The translations under genes were made by a program, and so were the position numbers. From Pseudomonas sp. (GTDB lineage: Bacteria > Pseudomonadota > Gammaproteobacteria > Pseudomonadales > Pseudomonadaceae), in assembly GCA_034676485.1 (NCBI GenBank), contig JAUCCC010000015.1:962355-1002354 (forward strand): a stretch of DNA of 40,000 bases, read 5' to 3'. Positions 9,312 through 17,233 of the stretch are shown piece after piece; positions within the stretch are counted from its first letter, which is position 1, and every line of letters begins with the position of its first letter. A model generated the notes under the pieces. It did no database searches, was not told where the DNA came from, and saw only the letters and a program-made list of their open reading frames with translations.

Positions 9312-9679
9312 TGAAGGTGCGTTATTTACGGCCAGCCAAGCAGATGCCGGAAATTTATCTGTACCGTGCGCCGGTGGATTTTAGGAAGCAAGCCAATGGC
9401 TTGGCTTTGCTGGTTGAGCAAGAACTTGGCCACAATCCGTTCAGTGGTGCGCTGTATGCCTTTACCAATCGCCAGCGTAATAAAATCAAGTGCGTGATGT
9501 GGGAAGACAACGGTTTTGTCATGTATTACAAGGCATTGGCAGAAGAGAAGTTTAAGTGGCCTAAGCCCGCTGATGAGTTACTGTCTTTAACCGGTGAGCA
9601 AATAAATTGGCTGTTAGATGGCTACGATATTAGTCTGTTTAAAGGCCATAAAAAACTACAATACGATAGCTTAGGATAG
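9311..9679 (+). CDS. tnpB: IS66-family Orf2 protein TnpB
   Basis: The typical IS66 Orf2 sequence is present (IYLYRAPVDFRKQANGLALLVEQELGHNPFSGALYAFTNRQRNKIKCVMWEDNGF). Confidence 0.8.
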   Translation: MKVRYLRPAKQMPEIYLYRAPVDFRKQANGLALLVEQELGHNPFSGALYAFTNRQRNKIKCVMWEDNGFVMYYKALAEEKFKWPKPADELLSLTGEQINWLLDGYDISLFKGHKKLQYDSLG

Positions 9680-9747
9680 CTTGATTTTACTGGGTTTTAG
9701 CTGCTTTTAAGGGTGCTTTTGATGGTGGGTTTTGCTATAATTTCGGC

Positions 9748-11348
9748 ATGAAAAAACAGCCTAAAACCACCATAAAAACCCCTGATTTAAGCGGCCTTAG
9801 TGCCGCTGAATTACGTTTGGTTGTGGCACAGTTTCAAGCTGTTATTGATGAGCAGAACACTGCTTTGCAAGATGCCCATCGCCGTATCGAACTACTGGAA
9901 GAAATGAACCGCCTGCTGAAAACACAAAAGTTCAGTGCCAGCAGCGAAAAGTCTAAGTTTCAGCTCAACCTCTTTGATGAATCCGAGCTCGAAGCCCAGC
10001 TCGATGAATTGTTTGATACTTTGCCTGAAACGTCTGATGAAGGTGAAGGCATTGCTCAGCACCGTAAAGAGCGCCAGACACGTAAACGTGGTTTTTCTGC
10101 AAGCCTTGTGCGTGAACGCATTGAACACAAGCTCACTGAGCTGGAAAAAGCCGGTGCTAGTAAAACCTTCTTCACTAAAGTAAAAGAAGAACTGCACTAC
10201 ATTCCAGCGCAACTCAAAGTGCTGGAGCACTGGCAAGAAAAAGCCGTGTTCACGGCTGAAACTGATACACAAGACGAGCAGATGGTAGCCGCACAGCGCC
10301 CCGTACATCCTTTTGGCAAGTGCTCAGTTACCACCGCCTTGATTGCCCACGTTATTGTCGATAAATACCAGTACGGTATGCCGCTATATCGCCAAGAAAG
10401 TAAATTTAAAGGCTTAGGCCAACCGGTTTACCGCAACAACATGGCGCAGTGGTGTATACGCTTTGGTGGTGCAGCCAAACCCTTGCTGCAGCTGATGCGT
10501 GAGGTGCAAAATAGCGGTAATTACTTGCAAGCGGACGAAACCCGTCTGCAAGTGCTTAAAGAAGACGGTAAAACAGCGCAATCGGATAAATGGATGTGGG
10601 TTATCCGTGGCGGACCGCCCGAAAAACTCAGCGTGCTCTTTGAATATGATCCTTCGCGTGCAGGCAGTGTGGCTGTGCGCTTGCTGGATGATTTTAAAGG
10701 CGTGCTGCAAGCCGATGGTTTTTTCTGGTTATAACGCAGTATGCAAAGCCAACTCGATTACGCGCATCGGCTGCTGGGACCATGCACGGCGTAAGTTTGT
10801 TGAAGCAGATAAAGGCGCTAATCCCAAGGCTAAAACCAAGAAAGGCACCGTAAGCAAAGCCGATGTAGCGCTCAGTTACATCCGCAAACTCTATCGCATA
10901 GAAAGCAACATAGCTGACAAAACCGATGAAGAGCGTTTAAAAGCACGCCAAGAAATCAGCCTGCCAATACTCAACGAGTTTAAACAATGGCTTGAGAAAA
11001 ACGCTGGCAAAGTGATGAAAGGTAGCGCGCTCAGAAAAAGCCATCGACTACACCTTAAATCAATGGCAATACCTCATTGGCTACTGCGAACGCGGCGACC
11101 TGATGATCAGCAATATCATGGCCGAAAATGCCATCCGTCCCTTCGCCATTGGCCGCAAAAATTGGTTGTTTGCTGACACCCGTAAAGGCGCAGAAGCCAG
11201 CGCCGCTTGTTACTCACTGATAGAAACCGCCAAAGCTAACAACCTCGATCCGCAAAGCTACATCAAGCATATTCTTGACCACATAACTGTCGCTGACACA
11301 TTAGAAAAACTAGAAGCTCTGCTGCCCTGGAATGTAGAACTGGATTAA
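9748..11348 (+). pseudogene. tnpC: IS66-family transposase TnpC, interrupted by two +1 frameshifts
   Basis: Three ORF-track pieces (9748-10734, 10499-11176, 11103-11348) join into one ~533-codon reading. The shifts lie at a T6 run (10719-10724) and an A5 run (11035-11039). Removing one base at each restores ...LQADGFSGYNAV... and ...GSALRKAIDYTLNQWQYL... Confidence 0.8.
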
Positions 11349-11392
11349 GCTAAGTAGCCGTTCTGCAAGGGTGCTGATTTAAGGGCGCTTAC

Positions 11393-12418
11393 CCAGTTAC
11401 GATTCGTGAGTTTGCGAACATTCTGCTTAAACTTCAGCAGCGTTTTCGGGTGCCAATGAATGCGGTTCGCCTTGAACGTAAAGCCCAAGAACTGGCTTTC
11501 ATTGGTTTTAACCACACGACTTTTGTCAGTGTTGACCACTAACTTCAAACGGCTTTGCAAGTACTGACTGATACTGCGCAACACGCGCTCTCCAGCTCGC
11601 TGGCTCTTCACTAGAATCGTGAAATCATCCGCGTAGCGGGCAAACTTATGACCGCGTTTTTCAAGTTCTTTATCCAAAGAGTCGAGCATGATATTCGCCA
11701 GTAACGGCGACAATGGCCCACCTTGCGGTACACCCACTCGACTCTCACCTTTGAACTGATTATCGATAAACCCAGCTCTCAGGTAACGTTTAATCAGTCT
11801 AAGCAGACGTTTGTCTTTCACCTTGTCGCCAAGGCGCGTCATCAGTAGATCGTGATTAACTCGGTCAAAGAACTTCGACAGATCAACATCCACCGCGAAG
11901 CGGCGTCCTTCCTTGATGATGCTCTGTACCTGCTTAACCGCTTGCTGCCCATTACGACCTGGACGGAATCCAAAACTGTGTTCAGAAAACTCAGGGTCGA
12001 AAATAGGTGTTAATACTTGGGTAATGGCTTGTTGGATTACACGATCAGTAACGGTTGGAATACCCAGCTGACGAGTGCCGCCATCTGGTTTAGCTATTTC
12101 AACACGCCTTACCGGTGAGGGTTGATAACAGCCTGTTACCAGTTGTTGTTTCAATGCTTTCCAGTTGCCGGATCTTACCCAAGCGGGGAATTCATCGATG
12201 GTCATGCCATCGATGCCAGCGGCCCCTTTATTGGCTCGAACGCGTTTCCATGCCGCAGAGAGGTTATCTTCCTGCAGCACGTGCTCGAATAGATCGTTGC
12301 TAAAGGCTGGCTTCATATCGCTACGCTGAGTCACGTCATCGCCGGACGGCGTTCGTGTGTTCAAGTGTGACAAGGCTCCTCCTTTGTTCTTAATGTTCAG
12401 GCCTTCACCGTGTCCCAA
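11393..12418 (-). pseudogene. Group II intron RT/maturase, N-terminal fragment (copy A)
   Basis: It is identical to copy B apart from a few substitutions, up to ...RKLTNRNW. The frame then runs into the IS66 right end. Confidence 0.85.
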
Positions 12419-12895
12419 CCATTACGATGGGCGTTTGGCTACTATGCCGTCTGCTGACTTCTGCTTAATCACTCACAGAGTTGCCTCTGTTCGCGCTATC
12501 GGTTTGCATCTAATTCGCTCTCCAAGGTCGATACATTCCTTAGAGCCAAGGCACTTATTAACCAGAGCCTCACTGGTGAATTACCGATCGCTTGTTAAGC
12601 AGATCTCCCCAGATAAGAGCATGTACTGTCACTGCACTGCTGCATCATTTACGGTGGTCGTTAGATCACATGGCTTCGTTGTCTTGTGCCAACTCGCCTT
12701 CAGCCTACGCCTCATATGATGTTTTTGTTCATCAGCTCGCAGCTTTGCGTCCGGCTTCCTCCAGACAACTCCTCGCGGAGCTGCCCTTGCCATTCGCTAG
12801 TAGTTAACATCTAATAACGATCATAAATCGCTAAGGATGGTGACCTTCCTACAGAGGACTTTCACCTCATTAGTTCATGCCCATGCTGGGCGTAC

Positions 12896-12968
12896 ACAAG
12901 GCGCGCCAATTCGCAACCTTCGGTTGCCGGACGCTCGCAAGCTCGCGCCGTTGCGCTTTGCGTTGGGC
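12896..12968 (+). repeat. attC_3, 3' part (the 5' part AGCTA is at 8487-8491, separated by intron A)
   Basis: Joining the two flanks gives AGCTA|ACAAGGCGCGCC...GCGCTTTGCGTTGGGC. This matches the AACAAGGCGC family of attC_1 and attC_2, with R' GTTGGGC. Confidence 0.75.
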
Positions 12969-12997
12969 TACATACGAAATTGCATCGGAGATGATCC

Positions 12998-14332
12998 ATG
13001 AAGCGCATTAAGGTTTCACTTTTGGCAGTACTGCTATTGCTGACTGCGTTATGGCTGGCCGCCGATACGCTGTTGCCCGAGCCGTTCACGTACTTCTCGT
13101 TTCGCACCGTGTTCATGCAGTACAGCGGGGTGATCGGCATCGGCTTGATGAGCGTGGCCATGCTGCTGGCGCTGCGCCCGAAATGGCTGGAGCCGCATCT
13201 GGACGGGCTGGACAAGATGTATCGCCTGCACAAGTGGTTGGGCATCGCCGCCCTGGTGGTCGCCATCGTTCACTGGTGGTGGGGAAAAGGCACCAAATGG
13301 ATGGTGGGTTGGGGCTGGCTGGAAAAGCCCGTGCGCAAACCGGTGGCCGGAGAAACCCTCGGCAACATCGAAGGCTGGCTGCGCAGCCAGCGGGGGTTTG
13401 CCGAATCCGTCGGCGAATGGGCGTTCTACGCGGCCGCCGTGCTGATCGTTCTGGCTTTGGTCAAGCGCTTCCCCTACCACTGGTTCGTCAAAACCCACAA
13501 ATGGATCGCAGTCGCCTACCTTGCCCTGGCCTATCACTCCGCCGTGCTCACTAAGGTGGAGTATTGGACGCAGCCGGTCGGCTGGCTAATGGCGGCCTTG
13601 CTGCTGGGCGGCACCGTGACCGCGCTGCTGACCCTGACGGGGCGGATCGGCACCGGCCGCAAGGTTACGGGAACCATCGCGGGTCTGATCGATTATCCCG
13701 CGCTGCGCGTGCTCGAGACCGCCGTCGTGCTAGAGGACGGCTGGCGCGGCCATGCCGCCGGGCAGTTCGCCTTCATCACCTCGGACAGGAGCGAAGGCGC
13801 ACATCCCTATACCATCGCCTCGGCCTGGAATCCCGCCGACCGTCGGCTCGTCTTCATCACCAAGGCGCTGGGCGACCACACCAGCCGCTTGCGGGAAAGA
13901 TTGAAGATCGGCATGCCGGTGACAGTGGAAGGTCCTTACGGCTGCTTCAACTTCGAGGATGCGCAGCCACGTCAGATTTGGGTGGGTGCGGGGATCGGCA
14001 TCACGCCGTTCATCGCCCGCATGAAGCAGCGCGCCACGACGCCGGACGCAAAGACGATCGATCTCTTTCATCCGACTGCCGAGTTCGAACAGGCCGCCAT
14101 CGACCGCCTCACGGCAGATGCCAAGGCCGCGGGCGTGCGGCTGCACCTGCTGGTCGATGGCAAGGATGGGCGCTTGAATGGCGAACGTATCCGTGCCGTC
14201 ATTCCGGAATGGCAGTCCGCCAGCATCTGGTTCTGCGGCCCGCCGAGGTTTGGTCAGGCGCTGCGCGAGGACTTCCTCGCCCACGGCCTGCCACCAGAGC
14301 GTTTCCATCAAGAACTGTTTCAGATGCGTTGA
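12998..14332 (+). CDS. Ferric-reductase-domain (NOX-like) transmembrane flavocytochrome with FAD/NAD(P)-binding domain (cassette 4)
   Basis: Two His pairs lie in TM helices: H-x13-H (LHKWLGIAALVVAIVHWW) and H-x12-H (THKWIAVAYLALAYHS). It also has an HPYTIAS FAD motif, a GAGIGITPF nucleotide-binding motif and a C-terminal FCGPP. Confidence 0.8.
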   Translation: MKRIKVSLLAVLLLLTALWLAADTLLPEPFTYFSFRTVFMQYSGVIGIGLMSVAMLLALRPKWLEPHLDGLDKMYRLHKWLGIAALVVAIVHWWWGKGTKWMVGWGWLEKPVRKPVAGETLGNIEGWLRSQRGFAESVGEWAFYAAAVLIVLALVKRFPYHWFVKTHKWIAVAYLALAYHSAVLTKVEYWTQPVGWLMAALLLGGTVTALLTLTGRIGTGRKVTGTIAGLIDYPALRVLETAVVLEDGWRGHAAGQFAFITSDRSEGAHPYTIASAWNPADRRLVFITKALGDHTSRLRERLKIGMPVTVEGPYGCFNFEDAQPRQIWVGAGIGITPFIARMKQRATTPDAKTIDLFHPTAEFEQAAIDRLTADAKAAGVRLHLLVDGKDGRLNGERIRAVIPEWQSASIWFCGPPRFGQALREDFLAHGLPPERFHQELFQMR

Positions 14333-14377
14333 TGGCAGCCCTAATGCAGCTTATCCGATGAGGTTTATCCACTGAAT

Positions 14378-14447
14378 GCCCAACCCATCATTCCACCGGA
14401 CGCTGCGCGATAAAGCCGCGCAGCACCGGTGAATTCAAACGTTATAT
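14378..14447 (+). repeat. attC_4 (70 bp)
   Basis: GCCCAACCCATCATTCCACCGGACGCTGCGCGATAAAGCCGCGCAGCACCGGTGAATTCAAACGTTATAT. It is about 90% identical to attC_6. Confidence 0.85.
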
Positions 14448-14473
14448 ACCAGTCACAAAAAAGGAGTTGCCTG

Positions 14474-14794
14474 ATGTCAAATAAAATAGAATTACCCAAT
14501 AGCTGGGTCTGTACTGGCGGCGAACTCAAGCCAAAATCAGGCGCTTCCTTATCCAACACCTGGGTGCTATCCGGCAAAGAGATCAAACCAAAATCTGGTG
14601 CAACTCTATCCAATACTTGGGTATGGGACGGGAAGGAGCTTAAACCAAAATCTGGTGCAACCCTCTCAAATACTTGGGTAGTGTCTGGTGGCAAGGTAAA
14701 ACCAAAATCAGGCGCAACACTTTCAAACACATTCGAAATTGGAACACTTCCAATCCTCGTAGTAGCTGGGAAATTAGTGCTTCGACTTTGGTAA
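14474..14794 (+). CDS. Tandem-repeat protein (4 x 19 aa, WVxxGxExKPKSGATLSNT) with hydrophobic C-terminus (cassette 5, gene 1)
   Basis: The RBS AAGGAG precedes ATG 14474. There are four in-frame 57-bp repeats. The orientation agrees with the cassette. Confidence 0.55.
   Translation: MSNKIELPNSWVCTGGELKPKSGASLSNTWVLSGKEIKPKSGATLSNTWVWDGKELKPKSGATLSNTWVVSGGKVKPKSGATLSNTFEIGTLPILVVAGKLVLRLW
14504..14731 (+). repeat. Four tandem 57-bp coding repeats
   Basis: The units begin TGGGT(C/G/A)... and each encodes W-V-x-x-G-x-E/K-x-K-P-K-S-G-A-x-L-S-N-T. Confidence 0.85.
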
Positions 14795-14807
14795 AAGGAA
14801 ATTCAAC

Positions 14808-15275
14808 ATGAAATCCGATGCTGAACTATCAAAATGCAGAACGTATCGCTATGCGTTATGGAGAACATGGGACGAATCAAAACCTTTTGCTATGTTTGTC
14901 GGCCTTAACCCGTCAACAGCCGACGAGCTCGAAGACGATCCCACAATAAGACGTTGCATAAACTTCTCAAAGCTCTGGGGTTACGGCGGCTTATGCATGG
15001 TCAATTTATTTGCATATCGCGCAACAGATCCAACCGCACTATTCCTAGTCCAAGACCCAATCGGCCCAGAAAATGATAGGTGGCTGCGTAAGCTTTCAGA
15101 AAACGCCGGCATCATCATTGGGGCGTGGGGAAATACTGGCGCACATCTAAATCGTTCAAGCGACGTCAGAAAAATGTTTAAAGAACTCCACTGCCTAAAA
15201 TTAAACAAAACAGGTGAGCCTGCACATCCTCTATACCAACCAAACACAGCTACTCCTATTCCAGTTGGTATATAA
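14808..15275 (+). CDS. DUF1643-family protein (cassette 5, gene 2)
   Basis: The sequence CRTYRYALWRTWDESKPFAMFVGLNPSTADELEDDPTIRRCINFSKLWGYGGLCMVNLFAYRATDP matches my recollection of the DUF1643 pattern. The stop TAA lies inside R'' of attC_5. Confidence 0.7.
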   Translation: MKSDAELSKCRTYRYALWRTWDESKPFAMFVGLNPSTADELEDDPTIRRCINFSKLWGYGGLCMVNLFAYRATDPTALFLVQDPIGPENDRWLRKLSENAGIIIGAWGNTGAHLNRSSDVRKMFKELHCLKLNKTGEPAHPLYQPNTATPIPVGI

Positions 15276-15340
15276 CAACTGGTTCAATTCGCTCGCTTTG
15301 CTCACTGGGACGGGCTAAAGCCCGCCCCTTAACCAAACGT
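15270..15340 (+). repeat. attC_5, 5' part (R' completed by TGCAC at 17229-17233 after intron C)
   Basis: ATATAACAACTGGTTCAA...GGGACGGGCTAAAGCCCGCCCCTTAACCAAACGT|. The L''/L' arms AACTGGTTCAA / TTAACCAAACG pair. Joined exons give R' GTTGCAC. Confidence 0.6.
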
Positions 15341-17228
15341 GTGTGCCGGGCATGGCACTTAACTAGCGAGGTGCAAGTCCTCGTGCCAGGTATTCGCAGA
15401 GCCGAAGGTTAGCGAAAGGACAAGGGCGTTGTCGCGAGGCAGGGTCTGAAGGAAGTCCAACGCGAAATCGCGGGGCGATGAACAAGAACTCAATATGAGG
15501 TGTGACATATTCGGGGCCAGCGGGCACGTGACTGTTAAGCCCTCCATCTGCAACTGGAATATGTTTTATAAATTGAGCGTCTACGCGAGGAAAGTTAAGT
15601 GTCTTACCCCGGGAGGTCTGCAGTGTGTTGAAGGATCAACTGACAATGGAGCAATCGATTGTGACCGCATTGCAGAAATCAGCAGAAGGCATACGACTGC
15701 ATGGATGCAGGAGGTAGAGCAATGCATGGAGCAATTGCCGAGTAGGCCGCACTCTTGCAGCTGAAGGCCTGAACAAATCACGGAAAGTACTCGCTGGGGA
15801 AGTGTTTCTGAATGGCACCTGTTAAGCAGTTATCACTGCCTCTGGAAAGTGCAGAGGGTGAATCAGAAATGGGAAACCCAGTTGAACCAAAATCCACCTT
15901 TTGTTCATCATTGATTGGCCGTGTAATAGATAGGAATAATCTACTGCGCGCGTTGAAACAAGTTCGCCGCAATAAAGGTGCTCCGGGCATCGACGGCATG
16001 AATGTTGATGACCTCCTTGATCATCTTAAGCAACACTGGCCGCAGATTCGGCAACAACTCATCGACGGGCACTACAAGCCCAAGCCGGTTAGACGTGTTG
16101 AAATTCCAAAGCCAGATGGTCGCAAGCGCAAGCTGGGCATCCCGACTGTATTGGATCGATTTATACAGCAGGCCATTGCTCAGGTGTTGCAAGAAGAGTG
16201 GGATGTTGATTTCCATGATCAGAGTTATGGTTTTCGACCCAATAGAAATGCACACCAAGCCATGCGCTACGCACAAAAAACAGTACGGCAGGGCTATAGC
16301 TGGACTGTTGATTGTGACTTGGAAGCTTTCTTTGATGGTGTAAACCATGACTTGCTTATGGAACAGCTCAAAGCAAAACACCAAGACCGACAATTGCTTA
16401 GGCTGATCAACCGCTATCTAAAAGCGGGAATCCAGATAAATGGCGTAACACAAACCAGTACCGAAGGCGTGCCACAGGGTGGGCCGTTGTCACCGGTACT
16501 CTCGAATATTGTGTTGAACCAGTTGGACTGGGAGCTAGAACGTCGGAAGCACCGTTTCGTTCGCTATGCTGATGACTTTGTTGTGTTTGTTAAAAGTCGA
16601 GAAGCGGGTGAGCGCGTGATGAAAAGTCTGCAGCGCTATATTGGCGACTCGCTACGGCTCAAAGTGAATACCCAAAAGAGTGCAGTAGATCGGCCATGGA
16701 AACGAACCTTTCTTGGCTTTACGTTCAGTCAACGAGACCAAAGAATCAAGGTGGCAGATAAATCGCTACTGAAGCTCAAAGCTACGGTTAAATTGCTGAG
16801 CCGTCGAACAAGAGGCCATTCACTCAAACACATTATCGCAGAGCTAAGAAAGTCCCTGCTTGGTTGGAAAGCGTACTTCGACATAGCTGAAGTGCTGAGC
16901 CCTCTGCGTGATGTGGATAAATGGATTCGACGACGATTGCGTAGTTATATTTGGAAGCAATGGGGGCGCAAAGGCTATCGGATGCTTAGGCGCTTGGGTG
17001 TTGATCGATGGCTGGCATGGAATACTGCTAAGTCGGCTCATGGCCCGTGGCGATTAAGCGCAAGTCCTGCCCTTTACCGAGCGCTACCAAACAGATACTT
17101 TAAGAACTTGGGGCTGCCAGAACTGGCGGCAAGATGAAATTTAAAGAGATTTGAACCGCCGTGGTACGTGACCCGTATGCCCGGTGGTGTGGGAGGAGAG
17201 ACGTCGTGAGGCGTCTCCCTATCCCGAT
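15341..17228 (+). mobile_element. Group II intron copy C (class C-like, divergent from A/B), sense-oriented in the array
   Basis: The 5' end GTGTGCCGGGCATGGCACTTAACTAGCGAGGTGCAAGTCCTC parallels copy B. A domain V-like hairpin and a domain VI follow the ORF, ending CCCTATCCCGAT. There is an internal RT ORF. Confidence 0.8.
15812..17137 (+). CDS. Group II intron reverse transcriptase/maturase (no endonuclease domain)
   Basis: RT motifs are present (KGAPGIDG, VRRVEIPKPDGRKRKLGIPTVLDR, YGFRPNRNAHQA, VPQGGPLSPVLSNI, RYADDFVVF), with a maturase X region (LLGWKAYF). At 441 aa there is no room for an En domain. Confidence 0.9.
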   Translation: MAPVKQLSLPLESAEGESEMGNPVEPKSTFCSSLIGRVIDRNNLLRALKQVRRNKGAPGIDGMNVDDLLDHLKQHWPQIRQQLIDGHYKPKPVRRVEIPKPDGRKRKLGIPTVLDRFIQQAIAQVLQEEWDVDFHDQSYGFRPNRNAHQAMRYAQKTVRQGYSWTVDCDLEAFFDGVNHDLLMEQLKAKHQDRQLLRLINRYLKAGIQINGVTQTSTEGVPQGGPLSPVLSNIVLNQLDWELERRKHRFVRYADDFVVFVKSREAGERVMKSLQRYIGDSLRLKVNTQKSAVDRPWKRTFLGFTFSQRDQRIKVADKSLLKLKATVKLLSRRTRGHSLKHIIAELRKSLLGWKAYFDIAEVLSPLRDVDKWIRRRLRSYIWKQWGRKGYRMLRRLGVDRWLAWNTAKSAHGPWRLSASPALYRALPNRYFKNLGLPELAAR

Positions 17229-17233
17229 TGCAC

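Larger units (their letters stand above)
8923..11392 (+). mobile_element. IS66-family insertion sequence (2470 bp) nested in intron A
   Basis: Terminal inverted repeats are GTAAGCGCCCTTAAATCAGCA(T/C)C. It is flanked by the 8-bp direct repeat CCAGTTAC (8915-8922 and 11393-11400). It has the tnpA-tnpB-tnpC organisation. Confidence 0.9.
8492..12895 (-). mobile_element. Group II intron copy A (class C / attC-type), inactivated by a nested IS66 element
   Basis: It is about 99% identical to copy B by eye. On the minus strand the 5' end reads GTACGCCCAGCATGGGCATGAACTAATGAGGTGAAAGTCC. The 3' end has a domain V-like hairpin (AACGCCCTG-TGCG-GAGC-CGCA-TG-CAGGGTGTT) and a domain VI ending CTACCCGAT. Boundaries are +/-2 nt. 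Confidence 0.85.

Noticed and set aside
10499-11348. ORFs 10499-11176 and 11103-11348 as independent genes
   Set aside because: They are the middle and C-terminal frames of a single frameshifted IS66 tnpC.
12357-12807. + strand ORFs inside intron A and B ribozyme domains (12357-12719, 12592-12807, 22853-23119, 22938-23243)
   Set aside because: They lie antisense to structured intron RNA (domains I-IV) and have no coding features.
13049-14361. Four long overlapping ORFs (13049-13537 -, 13051-13554 +, 13564-14361 +, 13730-14311 -)
   Set aside because: These are typical stop-codon-poor shadow frames of a GC-rich gene with Arg/Gly/Ala/Pro-rich translations. The 12998-14332 frame carries all the real motifs.
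14365-14730. 121-aa minus-strand ORF mirroring the tandem-repeat gene
   Set aside because: It is open only because the 57-bp repeats lack stops on both strands. It runs into attC_4, lacks an RBS and opposes the cassette orientation.
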